Translations under genes and position numbers: made by a program
The notes under the pieces: generated by a model
Told to the model about the DNA's origin: nothing
Databases searched by the model: none
Seen by the model: the letters and a program-made list of their open reading frames with translations, nothing else
DNA from: Tannockella kyphosi
GTDB taxonomy: Bacteria; Bacillota_I; Bacilli_A; Erysipelotrichales; Coprobacillaceae
Direction: 5' to 3'
DNA length: 32,000 nucleotides
Assembly (NCBI RefSeq): GCF_021054785.1
Contig: NZ_CP088239.1
Coordinates: forward strand, 1,770,001 to 1,802,000
Part shown: one piece after another, positions 15,615-24,895 of the stretch
Layout of the letters: each line of letters starts with the position of its first letter
Numbering within the stretch: position 1 is the stretch's first letter

Positions 15615-16322
15615 CTATAAAAAGAATTGATTGATGTTTAAAACATAATATAAAAATGGTATTACTATAGCTGGTAACATATTACCTACTTTAATTTTTT
15701 TGATTTCTAAAATATTAATTCCGATTGCAGAAATTAAGATACCTCCGATAATATTAATCTCACGTAATACATCTACTGTCATAAAAGGATCTAGTACTTG
15801 AGCAAATATGGTAATTAAACCCTGGTAAACAAATACACTAACGGATGATAAGATAACTCCTATACCCATAGAAGACGCTAAAATAATAGACATAATTCCA
15901 TCTAGAATACTTTTAACATATAACGTAGTATGATCACCAACTAAACCACTTTCTAATGAACCTAAGATAGCCATTGTTCCTACACAAAATATCAAACTAG
16001 CACTAACAAATCCTTTTGAAATATTAGAATCATTGCTACTCATCTTTTCTTGAATAAAGTCACCTAGCTTTTCTAAACGTAATTCTATATCAATCCATTC
16101 TCCAATTAAAGAACCAATAACTAAACTAATAATAAATAACAAAGGTTCAGCTCCTTCTTCTAATAAACCAGAAATTGCCCCTGATGCCCCAACATAGATT
16201 ACTGCTAACCCTAAAGCCATCATTATAGTTTGACGATACTTTTCTTTAATTCCACCTTTTAAGAATACTCCAATAAGACTACATACAATGATTGTAATTG
16301 CATTTACAATAGTTCCTAACAT
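15615..16322 (-). CDS. DUF554-family membrane protein (YdfK/YqgA-like)
   Basis: 235 aa. The N-terminus MLGTIVNAITIIVCSLIGVFLKGGI..., and the overall pattern, are typical of DUF554. Confidence 0.65.
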   Translation of the reverse strand: MLGTIVNAITIIVCSLIGVFLKGGIKEKYRQTIMMALGLAVIYVGASGAISGLLEEGAEPLLFIISLVIGSLIGEWIDIELRLEKLGDFIQEKMSSNDSNISKGFVSASLIFCVGTMAILGSLESGLVGDHTTLYVKSILDGIMSIILASSMGIGVILSSVSVFVYQGLITIFAQVLDPFMTVDVLREINIIGGILISAIGINILEIKKIKVGNMLPAIVIPFLYYVLNINQFFL

Positions 16323-16443
16323 ATAACTCCCCCTACTATACTTATTGTTACATATTATAGCACTTATCTTTTATAATTGTGATATTTTTTAATTAGACAT
16401 TACCATTTATTAGCAGTATACTCTTTTTAGGAGGATTTTTATA

Positions 16444-16692
16444 ATGTCACTTTTTCTTATTGTTCCAATAATTATATTTTTAACTGTTATTATCATTTTT
16501 ATTGTTGTTTTAAGCATTATAATCACTGCTTTCAAAAATGCGAAAAATACCAATAATGCACAACAAATATCAACACCTCCCCAGACTACTCCAACAATGC
16601 AAGTAAAAGAAAAATTGATTTGTGAGTATTGTGGTGGTAAATACAATTCAGATGATACAACTTGTCCCCATTGTGGAGCTAATTGTCACTAA
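16444..16692 (+). CDS. Small membrane-anchored zinc-ribbon protein
   Basis: AGGAGG 9 nt before the ATG. N-terminal TM helix. C-terminal CEYCGGKY...CPHCGANC (CxxC-x11-CxxC). The antisense ORF 16410..16646 is rejected. Confidence 0.6.
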   Translation: MSLFLIVPIIIFLTVIIIFIVVLSIIITAFKNAKNTNNAQQISTPPQTTPTMQVKEKLICEYCGGKYNSDDTTCPHCGANCH

Positions 16693-16694
16693 TA

Positions 16695-16740
16695 AAAACA
16701 AGACCTTTTGGTAATCCAAAAGAGTCTTGTTTTATTTTTT
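16695..16740. terminator. Bidirectional terminator between convergent genes
   Basis: AAAACAAGACCTTTTGG-taat-CCAAAAG(a)GTCTTGTTTT followed by ATTTTTT. An A-run precedes it on +. Confidence 0.75.
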
Positions 16741-17398
16741 AATTTAGAATTTGAAAATAGATAAATCGTTCGTTATTTTCGTTGTGTACAAACTCATCGA
16801 TACCTGCTAATTTATCATCTAGATTCTTAAACTCTTCAAAAGATAAGTTTTTAAAATCAATATCGATATTTGGTAATGCTTCTAAATCTTTTGCATCTTC
16901 ACCAATATTTATATTTTCTTTATAATCATCATAATCATTAATTAGAAATAAACCAAAGTTTATTGATTTCTTATCAAAATCAATCATAAAACTATCTGTT
17001 GGTATATTATGATTTGTTTGAAGATGATGGAATACATCTTGATCATCTTTATTATCTAAATAAATAAAACCTGCTACTTTATCATTTTCAAGAATGAAAT
17101 CATAATCAGGATATTTATGATTCATATACTGATAAGCACTCTCTGTTAATCCAGCATGACTAATGGTTCTCCAAGAACTATCTGTAAATGTATTTACACG
17201 TAACTGATGAAATAATTCATAACCAATGATTTCAGGATCAAGTGTTGATTGTTCATATCCCTTTTCTTCATAAATTTTAAGTAATTCTTTGCCTGAATAA
17301 AGAGCAGACATTGTAAAAGCTCCCCAAAAAGAATAATAATGAATGTTTACTCCTTTTATTTTTAAAGTTAAAACTAATGGTAAAGATTCTCTCATCAT
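16739..17398 (-). CDS. Hypothetical acidic cytoplasmic protein (about 219 aa)
   Basis: ATGATG at 17398/17395 after SD GGGAGG is preferred over the track start at 17461. No recognised motif. D/E/N-rich C-terminal half. Confidence 0.55.
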   Translation of the reverse strand: MMRESLPLVLTLKIKGVNIHYYSFWGAFTMSALYSGKELLKIYEEKGYEQSTLDPEIIGYELFHQLRVNTFTDSSWRTISHAGLTESAYQYMNHKYPDYDFILENDKVAGFIYLDNKDDQDVFHHLQTNHNIPTDSFMIDFDKKSINFGLFLINDYDDYKENINIGEDAKDLEALPNIDIDFKNLSFEEFKNLDDKLAGIDEFVHNENNERFIYFQILN

Positions 17399-17485
17399 AG
17401 TATACCTCCCATGTACCTTGTTACTCTTATTATAGTCAATTATAGCGTGATAATCAAACAAAATAAAAATATGAAAATATTCATT

Positions 17486-17710
17486 TTATCGTATTATGAT
17501 CCATACAGTATACAATATATAGATGATAATCATGGATAAACCTATTTTCTTATGAAATACTACTTTCTTTATTAGTAATAAAGAAAGTAAACTGATTATA
17601 AATAGAAATAAATTATCATATAAGGCAGTGATAGCAACCTGAATTGGGCTTACAAAAGCTGATATGCCTAGAATAAAATAGATATTAAAAATGTTAGATC
17701 CTATAATATT
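17486..17710 (-). pseudogene. C-terminal remnant of a CaCA-family (YrbG-like) Na+/Ca2+ antiporter
   Basis: NIIGSNIFNIYFILG is the alpha-2 repeat signature (GSNIFN), followed by the last two TM helices. The expected upstream two-thirds or more of such a gene (about 300+ aa by recollection) is absent. The apparent N-terminus MSFFFVPKRRG is translated from a terminator T-run. Confidence 0.6.
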
Positions 17711-17729
17711 CCCCCTTCTTTTAGGTACA

Positions 17730-17775
17730 AAAAAAAAAGACACTTATTGTTCCTAAACAATAAAAGTCTTTTCAT
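17730..17775. terminator. Long imperfect stem-loop flanked by A9/T4 runs
   Basis: A9-GAC(ac)TTATTGTT-ccta-AACAATAA(aa)GTC-TTTT. On the minus strand it is followed by T9. Confidence 0.5.
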
Positions 17776-17883
17776 TTTCAGTAAATGCTGGGTGAAGATT
17801 ATTCACGGTATTGACGACAGGTACCACGATAAACGTAGGCTACTCCAATCAATAATTTCACCTAATAATTGTCTTTCTAATAG

Positions 17884-17930
17884 AAAAGACCTTTCATCTA
17901 TCAAATCAGTTTGATAGAAAAAGGCCTTTC
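17884..17930 (-). terminator. Terminator of the LacI-family gene
   Basis: Minus strand reads GAAAGGCCTTTTTCTATCAAA-ctga-TTTGATAGATGAAAGGTCTTTTC, then TATTAG. It starts about 14 nt after the stop at 17944. Confidence 0.55.
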
Positions 17931-17943
17931 TGTTTTTAAATCA

Positions 17944-18951
17944 TTATAATGTTGATTCATTCCAAATAACACAACAATCTAATACTTGTTGTTCTGGTAC
18001 TTCATGACTATCTTCAATTTTATCAATTAATATCTTTGCAACTTCTACACCTTCTTCAATAGCAGGTTGAATAATGGTTGTAATAGTTGGTGAGGAAAAA
18101 TTAACCCACTCTAAATTATCAAACCCCACTAAACCAAGATTTGGCATATGATGACGGTGATCCTTTAATGCTAGAAAAACAGTTGGTAAAGCCCAACAGT
18201 TAGGTACAAAGATTAAGTTCTTTTTACTAAAGTCCAATCTTTCATTTAAGAAATTAGCTATATTTTCTGGTTTTTCTTCATCTTCATTAATGGTAAGAAC
18301 ATCATATTCTATCTCACTATCATCTAAAGCATCCAAGAAACCACTATTTCGTTCTAATCTAGTACTAATTAGTTGTGGATTAGCTGTAATCATATAGAAC
18401 TTTTCATACCCTTTTTCAACACACTGATGAATAGTGTCATAAGTAACTTCATAGTTATTTGTTTTTACCCAGTTTGTTTTTATATCAAATAATTTACTAT
18501 CAAAAAATACCATTGGTTTCCCTAAAGATTCAATCTTCTTTGATATTTTTCTAAATCTAGCTGTTGGTTGAATAATAAAACCATCTACTCCCATAGAAAT
18601 CATACGATCAACATATGTTTCTTCACGATCAAATCGATAATCACTATTTCCAACAATTATTTGATATCCTTTATCTTCTGCAACAATTTCAATCCCTTTT
18701 ACAATTTGATTTGAAAATGTATTGGTAATATCTCCAATAATAACACCTAATAATTTACTACTCTTTGAGTTTAATGTTCTTGCTATTACACTAGGACTAT
18801 ATTGTGTTTCATTTATTACATCTTCTATTTTCTTTTTTGTTTTTAGAGACATTTTTTCTGTTTTACCATTCAAATAAAATGAAACAGTTGTCTTAGAAAC
18901 TCCTGACATTTCAGCGATCTCTTTAATTGTTATCTTCTTTTCCGAATCCAT
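17944..18951 (-). CDS. LacI-family transcriptional regulator (RegR-like candidate regulator of the GAG locus)
   Basis: N-terminus ITIKEIAEMSGVSKTTVSFYLNG (LacI HTH) plus a periplasmic-binding-fold sugar domain. 335 aa. Confidence 0.85.
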   Translation of the reverse strand: MDSEKKITIKEIAEMSGVSKTTVSFYLNGKTEKMSLKTKKKIEDVINETQYSPSVIARTLNSKSSKLLGVIIGDITNTFSNQIVKGIEIVAEDKGYQIIVGNSDYRFDREETYVDRMISMGVDGFIIQPTARFRKISKKIESLGKPMVFFDSKLFDIKTNWVKTNNYEVTYDTIHQCVEKGYEKFYMITANPQLISTRLERNSGFLDALDDSEIEYDVLTINEDEEKPENIANFLNERLDFSKKNLIFVPNCWALPTVFLALKDHRHHMPNLGLVGFDNLEWVNFSSPTITTIIQPAIEEGVEVAKILIDKIEDSHEVPEQQVLDCCVIWNESTL

Positions 18952-18997
18952 ATCATAACTCTCCTATTTCATTTTGATTTTATCACAACATTTGTCA

Positions 18998-19016
18998 TTA
19001 GTAAACAGTTTACTAA
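18998..19016. promoter_or_regulatory. Perfect 19-bp palindrome TTAGTAAAC-A-GTTTACTAA upstream of the LacI-family gene (candidate auto-operator)
   Basis: Lies about 47 nt upstream of ATG 18951. It overlaps a putative -35 (TTTACT), 17 nt from an extended -10 TGATAAAAT on the minus strand. It shares the GTTTAC half-site with 26702..26713 and 26897..26908. Confidence 0.55.
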
Positions 19017-19333
19017 CCCATTTATTGATTAAATTATGATACTATCTTCTTAGTTATCCTTTAAAAATGCCCCAAAATAACATATATATTATCTCTGACT
19101 TAATAATACGTGAAAAGATGTGGCTTAGAATTTAAAACCTAGTAAATCATAACATTCATACGAATATCGTATTGTCTTGAAAAAATAACACTGAAAAAGA
19201 TCAATGATACATATTCCATATTAATCTCTAGAAAACCAGATAGTGGAAGTGCTATTAATTCTTTTAATGTCCTGTATCAAGCAACATTTTATGTCTGAAT
19301 CTGAGTGTTTATATTCATTCATTGACTCATCTT

Positions 19334-19369
19334 TGAAAAAAAGTAGCATATACACAACATGTATATGCT
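19334..19369 (-). terminator. Rho-independent terminator ending the PTS/GH88 operon
   Basis: Minus strand reads AGCATATAC-atgttgt-GTATATGCT, then ACTTTTTTTC. It lies about 85 nt after the stop at 19453. Confidence 0.7.
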
Positions 19370-19452
19370 TAACTCTAATATTTTTAAAAGATATTTATAT
19401 ACTTTATCATGTATAAAGCATTCCTATTCTATCTTTATTTCCCTTTAACCTG

Positions 19453-20241
19453 CTAATTATCTAATTTACCTATTACCTTCATTTGACTTAAAGCAGGAAA
19501 TAGTGATTCTTCATTAGACATCATTAAATCTGATAACACAATCATATTTGTTTTTTTCTTTACACTAATCACTTGTGATTGTCCTGTTTTTTCTAATGAC
19601 AATATTCTACTTTCTCCATCACTAAAGGTTACTGTCATCTTTTGCCACCAGTTATCATGAGGAAAATCAGCTCTTAAATATATTAATAATTCATCCACAA
19701 AAACAGTTTCTTTAAAATCTACCTTTATCCAAGCATCCGATTGTTTATTGATACCCCATGAGCTATGAGGCCAACTACCGTGATTCGATGTTTCAAATAT
19801 GCCATCAATCACATTACGTCCAAAGAATTGTGGATTATCAGTCATTACATTGGTAGTAACATGTGGATAGATTATTTGATTATCATTATAATCAAATGTA
19901 TTTAATGCTAAGTTTCTAACATTATTATATTCTTTTTTATCTAATAAAGAAACATAACCCCAGTGTCTTATTCCTGTAAATGCCTTTTCCCCATATGGTT
20001 TTAAATCATCACCACAAGGAATTGGAAAACAAAAAATATAATCACTTAAATAAACAATACTTTCTGTTAGACTATCATCTAATCGTAGTTTAATATAAAT
20101 ATCTTTTGTATCACTTTTAAGTTGAATATAGTCACCTGGAAGGTATTCACCACGATATGCTATCGTTACCTCATTAAGTGCTTTATTTTCTATTAAAACT
20201 TTGTTATCTTTATCTCTTATTGATATTTCAAATATAGCCAT
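19453..20241 (-). CDS. Cytoplasmic discoidin/F5-8 type C-like (carbohydrate-binding-like) domain protein
   Basis: 262 aa, no signal peptide. The C-terminal half, NVIDGIFETSN...SSWG...AWIKVDFKE.VFVDELLIYLRADFPHDNWW..MTVTFSDG, resembles discoidin/CBM32-type modules. Confidence 0.5.
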   Translation of the reverse strand: MAIFEISIRDKDNKVLIENKALNEVTIAYRGEYLPGDYIQLKSDTKDIYIKLRLDDSLTESIVYLSDYIFCFPIPCGDDLKPYGEKAFTGIRHWGYVSLLDKKEYNNVRNLALNTFDYNDNQIIYPHVTTNVMTDNPQFFGRNVIDGIFETSNHGSWPHSSWGINKQSDAWIKVDFKETVFVDELLIYLRADFPHDNWWQKMTVTFSDGESRILSLEKTGQSQVISVKKKTNMIVLSDLMMSNEESLFPALSQMKVIGKLDN

Positions 20242-20269
20242 ATGCTCTCCTTTACTTATGTAATCGATA

Positions 20270-21103
20270 TTACTCTTTTGTTATGATAAACTGTTCTATC
20301 GCTAACGCTACACCATCTTGATTATGATGCCCTGTTATATGATCAGCCAATACTTTAACTTCATCAATTGCATTTTCCATAGCAATTGATTTACCTGCAC
20401 AAGCCATCATTTCTATATCATTTTCATTATCTCCAATACAAATAACTTGGCTTAATGGAATATTTAAATAATCAGCTAGTGCTATAACACCTTTCCCCTT
20501 CGTACAACCTTTAATCATGACATCAATATAATCTATATCTGATTTCACTACGTGAAATAAATCAGTTTGATTAAAATCATCTTTAATTTTTTCAAATCTT
20601 TCATGATCTTTTTCTAATATTGATATTTTTACTATTTCACTACTATGTTGTTGTATTAATTCAAAATATTCTTTTCTATTACTTGCAACAATATAGTCAG
20701 CTTTCAAGCTTCCATTTTCTATTTGTGCTTTCCATAAAGGAGGTATATCATAATTTCTAATTGAACGATAAGGAGTATTGAATGTTGCACTTGTTTGGTG
20801 TTTTTCAATAATCTCACAAGCAATATCAACTTGTGTTTTTGTAAAAGAAGAAACACTTACTACCTTATCTTTCGCTATAACTAGTGCCCCATTCAAACAT
20901 ACTGCATAATAATCTAAATTCATTTCATCTAATAAACTTTGAACCGAAACAATTGATCTACCAGATGCAATAGCAACAATCATACCTAAATCACTTACTT
21001 TTTTTAATGCTTCTTTATTAGTTGTTGATACTGATTTATCACTTCTAGCTAATGTTCCATCTACATCTACGCATAATAGCTGATGGTCAAGAGATTCTAC
21101 CAT
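20270..21103 (-). CDS. Cof-type HAD-IIB sugar phosphatase
   Basis: LCVDVDGTL (motif I), ASGRS, GDNENDIEM (motif IV). 277 aa. Overlaps the GH88 gene by 7 nt. Confidence 0.8.
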   Translation of the reverse strand: MVESLDHQLLCVDVDGTLARSDKSVSTTNKEALKKVSDLGMIVAIASGRSIVSVQSLLDEMNLDYYAVCLNGALVIAKDKVVSVSSFTKTQVDIACEIIEKHQTSATFNTPYRSIRNYDIPPLWKAQIENGSLKADYIVASNRKEYFELIQQHSSEIVKISILEKDHERFEKIKDDFNQTDLFHVVKSDIDYIDVMIKGCTKGKGVIALADYLNIPLSQVICIGDNENDIEMMACAGKSIAMENAIDEVKVLADHITGHHNQDGVALAIEQFIITKE

Positions 21104-22233
21104 AATAAAATATCTTTATCCATTAATCTTAAGATTGCTTCCATAAAGAAATAATCTCCATAGATAATAGGTACATGCTTGTCATGATCTGTAAAATAAG
21201 AACCTGATCCCATTTGCACAATAGAATCAAAATTAACATCCCAGTTACAGAATTTTTCATCAGTAGCTCTTAAAATCTTAATTGCAGCATTAACATAAAA
21301 ATCTTTTTCTAACTCATCTACATGTTTCGCAATTTCTAGTAAACCACAAGCTGCGCAAACTCCTGCTGTAGAATCAAAGAATACTGGTTCTTTTGGTGCT
21401 CTAAAATCAATCACAGCTACATTACCTGTTAGGTTAACTTGTGAAAGAAAGTAATGTGCTACTTTTTTAGCAGTATCTAAATATTCTTTATTTTCTGTAT
21501 AGAAATAACTTAAAGCAAATCCATAAATAGCCCAGGCTTGTCCTCTTGACCAAGATGATCCAGAGGCATATCCTTGTCCTGCAGGAGTTTCTAATAAATC
21601 ACCATTTGTAGGATCCAAAGCAATAACATGATTACATGATCCATCTACTCTTACTGTATGTTTCATCACTGTATCAGCATGATCTCTTGCAACATAATCA
21701 AAACGAGGATCTTGAATTTCATCTCTTGCCCAATAAAGCATAGGAATATTCATCATACTATCCACAATAACCCATCCACTACGATCACGATTCCATGAAC
21801 GAATGAATTTCCCTCTAGGATTATATCTACCAGCTAATAAATGAGTAGCATGTAATGCTCTAGCTTTTGATCTTTCATTTCCAGTGATACGATAATTTGC
21901 AACTGCTGAATGTAACCACATAAAACCTACATCATGATGTAAACCAGTATATGTATCAAATGCTTTGTCTAATTTATCTTCCACACGATTGGCAACATCT
22001 TTGTATTTTTCCTCATTTGTAGCGTGATACATTTGCCATAACATCCCAGGCCAAAAACCATTTGTCCACCAGATAATATCAGTTTCTGATTTATCTTCTT
22101 TGTATACTCCATCATTAGCAATATAAGGTATTTTATCGCCTATACGATCGCATTGAGCAGACATTTTATCTTTTATTTTTTCATAAGTTTCTTCTAACCA
22201 CAGTTTGTCAGTAGCATCTATTTTATATTCCAT
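21097..22233 (-). CDS. ugl: Glycoside hydrolase family 88 unsaturated glucuronyl hydrolase
   Basis: WWTNGFWPGMLW, HHDVGFMW and SRGQAWAIYG are GH88/UGL signatures. 378 aa. Confidence 0.85.
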   Translation of the reverse strand: MEYKIDATDKLWLEETYEKIKDKMSAQCDRIGDKIPYIANDGVYKEDKSETDIIWWTNGFWPGMLWQMYHATNEEKYKDVANRVEDKLDKAFDTYTGLHHDVGFMWLHSAVANYRITGNERSKARALHATHLLAGRYNPRGKFIRSWNRDRSGWVIVDSMMNIPMLYWARDEIQDPRFDYVARDHADTVMKHTVRVDGSCNHVIALDPTNGDLLETPAGQGYASGSSWSRGQAWAIYGFALSYFYTENKEYLDTAKKVAHYFLSQVNLTGNVAVIDFRAPKEPVFFDSTAGVCAACGLLEIAKHVDELEKDFYVNAAIKILRATDEKFCNWDVNFDSIVQMGSGSYFTDHDKHVPIIYGDYFFMEAILRLMDKDILLW

Positions 22234-23983
22234 CTTCTAACTCCTTCATTTCTTTTAATTTTATAATTTGATTATTAATAAGTACACTATTTTCTTGATA
22301 CACAATATCTTGATATTCTATTTCATGCGATGGTGAACCATAAATAACACTACCTATTATACCATTTTTTAACGTACCTTCTAATGTAGGTATCGCATTT
22401 ATCTCATAAGAATATATATTTGTATTTGGGTTTTGTTTTACGATATGAGGATTACGATTTTGCATTAAATCTACTATCGCACTATGCATGTCATTTTTAT
22501 AAATTTCTATCCCATTATCAATATTTCTTGCCTTGTCAAACTTATAATTCCAAGAATCAACAGGATAACTTCCTTCATAGGTTTGTAACAAATAAGTAGA
22601 TTGAATTCGATGAATTCGTACATGGCATTGGCCATTAACTGGGATTAACCATGTTTCTATCTTCGCAATCTCTCCATAGTTCCAAACACTATAAATATAC
22701 TCTGATGTAATACGATAATCTTCTATTTTAGTACGACTAGCATACTGGTTTGTTCCTTTCACGGATAACGCTAATGCTTGATCGACTGCAAAATTATCTA
22801 TACCAATTACATCACGAGAAACATTCCACCCAAAGGCACTTGAGTAACAAAATTTACCATACTTGGACATTTGTTGCAAAATACCACCTTTACTATATTG
22901 ACTTGCAGACAACGCATAATGATGATCTTTATCACTAACAAATAACAATCCTGCTTTATCATTACAATGAATAAAATCATAATCACGCTTTGAACATGCT
23001 TTTATTTTCCAAAACATATGATCATCTGGTAATGATAACAAAACAAATGTTTTCATAGCCCACATTTGTGATCCACATGCATTATATTCCTCACTTAATA
23101 CTAAATTAGGATAACCGTATCCTACTTCACATAGATCTTCTTTTTGAAACCACAAATTTAAATGATCAAAAATTAATCCTTTTATTTTTTCTATTTCTAA
23201 TTCATGTATACCACTAACAATACAAGCACTCCAATAACTAATATGTCCATATCGATAAGTTAAACTTCTTCCAAAAGGAAGGCTTCTTCCTTCTTTATCA
23301 AACCAGTATCGAAAATCTCGTTCAAATGCAATACTTCTGTTCTTTACATCTAAGTTAAAATCAGGACAGTATCTTTTTAAGATATGACTATAAAAATGAA
23401 AAGCAAAAGAGATATAATAATCTAGTTGACTTGTATCTCCATCTCGATACCAACCACCACCTATATACATCTCTTCAATCCCTTCCAGTGCCTCATCAAT
23501 ACGTGTTTGACTGTAGGTCATACAATTCATTTTTAAACCATAATTAACCATTAATGAAAAAAATAACCAGTTATTTTTAGGCAGTTCTATTTCATTAATC
23601 GAATACAACCATTCTTCTAGATATTGCTTTTGTTCCTCATTAAAACAGGTAAGCAATTTCTCTTTACAACATAATAACCCATATCCATAAACTGCCATCT
23701 CAACTGCAATTTGTCTTGTTTTCGTTGTAGGTTTTAAAAACTTATGTTCACTTTCTTGATTGAATCCTAATTTCATTTGTTCTATATAAGGCATGATGAT
23801 ATCCTGATACTTCTCTTGGTCATTTATCATTAATGAAAAAATAGCCCAAAGCGGCCTAGAACGATACTCTAATTCACGGATACCCAATGAATAACTAGCC
23901 CCATGTTTTTCATGATATACTAAAGGATCTGGTAATGTTTTTTTTATAAATGTGATTAAACTTTCTTTCGTAAATGATTCCAT
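22223..23983 (-). CDS. DUF2264-like / heparinase II-III-like accessory protein of GAG loci
   Basis: 586-aa cytoplasmic protein overlapping ugl by 11 nt. RPLWAIF, GGGWYRDG and FGRSLTYRY patterns recall DUF2264. The family assignment is from memory only. Confidence 0.45.
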   Translation of the reverse strand: MESFTKESLITFIKKTLPDPLVYHEKHGASYSLGIRELEYRSRPLWAIFSLMINDQEKYQDIIMPYIEQMKLGFNQESEHKFLKPTTKTRQIAVEMAVYGYGLLCCKEKLLTCFNEEQKQYLEEWLYSINEIELPKNNWLFFSLMVNYGLKMNCMTYSQTRIDEALEGIEEMYIGGGWYRDGDTSQLDYYISFAFHFYSHILKRYCPDFNLDVKNRSIAFERDFRYWFDKEGRSLPFGRSLTYRYGHISYWSACIVSGIHELEIEKIKGLIFDHLNLWFQKEDLCEVGYGYPNLVLSEEYNACGSQMWAMKTFVLLSLPDDHMFWKIKACSKRDYDFIHCNDKAGLLFVSDKDHHYALSASQYSKGGILQQMSKYGKFCYSSAFGWNVSRDVIGIDNFAVDQALALSVKGTNQYASRTKIEDYRITSEYIYSVWNYGEIAKIETWLIPVNGQCHVRIHRIQSTYLLQTYEGSYPVDSWNYKFDKARNIDNGIEIYKNDMHSAIVDLMQNRNPHIVKQNPNTNIYSYEINAIPTLEGTLKNGIIGSVIYGSPSHEIEYQDIVYQENSVLINNQIIKLKEMKELEDGI

Positions 23984-24007
23984 ACGATACCTCCAACATA
24001 AGAAAAT

Positions 24008-24032
24008 AGAAGGTTAACATTGTTAACCTTCT
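24008..24032 (-). other. Perfect 12-bp intercistronic stem-loop inside the PTS-hydrolase operon
   Basis: AGAAGGTTAACA-t-TGTTAACCTTCT, between the IID stop (24044) and the next start (23983). On the minus strand it is followed by ATTTTCTTATG, a weak T-tract. Confidence 0.5.
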
Positions 24033-24043
24033 TTGATTAGTGA

Positions 24044-24895
24044 TTATCCACAAATTCCTAACAATGTTAGAACAACTGAAGCTATGAACATAATAACAAG
24101 CAATTTAACTGGATTGTTATGTTTACGTAAATAGACGAATGCTGCCATTGTAATTCCAAGTGGTAACATACCTGGTAAAATTGAATCTAATACAGTTTGT
24201 AAAACAAATGTTGTTTCACCAAAATCTGCAGCAAATGTAGTTGTAAAACTAACATATTGTGCTGTCATAGCTCCTGTCATGATTAATCCCATTATTGAGA
24301 AACCTTTTGTAAAAGCTGTAATAGCACCAGATTCTAATGCTTGTGAAATAAATGAAGTACCTACTTTAAATCCATAATATGTTGCAAAATAACGGATTAA
24401 TAAGTTTGGTATATTGAATACAAGTAAGAATAAGATTGGTCCTAACCATGAACCACTTTGTGAAAATCCAATTGCAACACCAATTGCAATAATTCTTAAA
24501 GCACCAACAAAGATAGAATCTCCAATCCCTGCTAAAGGTCCCATTAACGCTACTTTGATTGATTCAATTGCAGCATCATCAAATTCTTTACCATTATCTA
24601 AAGCTGCTTTTCTTTCTTGTTCCATTGCAATTACAAGAGCGAAAATAAATGGTGACATACCTGGTGTTGTGTTAAAGAAGTTTTGATGTCTTGCCATTGA
24701 TGCATAGAATTCATCTGTTTCTTTTCCATAAATATCTTCTAAGTAAGGAATCATTGTCCATGCAAATGTTGTCCCTTGTTGTTTTGTATAAGATGTACAG
24801 AACATTAACCACATTGATCTTGTGAATACTGAACGTATTAATTTATTTTCTTGTTTTGTTAAACCTGTGCTTTTATTCTCTGTTAGACTAGTCAT
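24044..24895 (-). CDS. PTS mannose/sorbose/N-acetylgalactosamine-family EIID
   Basis: Typical IID N-terminus (LTKQENKLIRSVFTRSMWLMFCTSYTKQQG). ATG 24895 follows GAAGGAGGGGA and overlaps the IIC stop (ATGACTAG). Confidence 0.85.
   Translation of the reverse strand: MTSLTENKSTGLTKQENKLIRSVFTRSMWLMFCTSYTKQQGTTFAWTMIPYLEDIYGKETDEFYASMARHQNFFNTTPGMSPFIFALVIAMEQERKAALDNGKEFDDAAIESIKVALMGPLAGIGDSIFVGALRIIAIGVAIGFSQSGSWLGPILFLLVFNIPNLLIRYFATYYGFKVGTSFISQALESGAITAFTKGFSIMGLIMTGAMTAQYVSFTTTFAADFGETTFVLQTVLDSILPGMLPLGITMAAFVYLRKHNNPVKLLVIMFIASVVLTLLGICG

Noticed and set aside
9154-16646. ORFs 9154..9348, 13095..13322, 13792..13995, 14146..14328 and 15119..15328 (+), and 16410..16646 (-)
   Set aside because: They are antisense to TSUP, the 345-aa gene, the CrtO-like gene or the zinc-ribbon gene. 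In the 16410/16444 pair, the plus-strand ORF has AGGAGG-9 nt-ATG and a CxxC...CxxC ribbon, so the minus-strand ORF is the shadow.
19020-19333. About 300 bp of ORF-free DNA between the operon terminator and the LacI-gene promoter, considered as a possible sRNA or riboswitch
   Set aside because: I could see no conserved riboswitch-like core, no strong promoter/terminator pair and no repeats. Only a 27-codon ORF without an SD and a 5-bp-arm mini-palindrome are present. It cannot be supported from sequence alone.
22750-22938. ORF 22750..22938 (+)
   Set aside because: It is antisense inside the 586-aa DUF2264-like gene, with no RBS.
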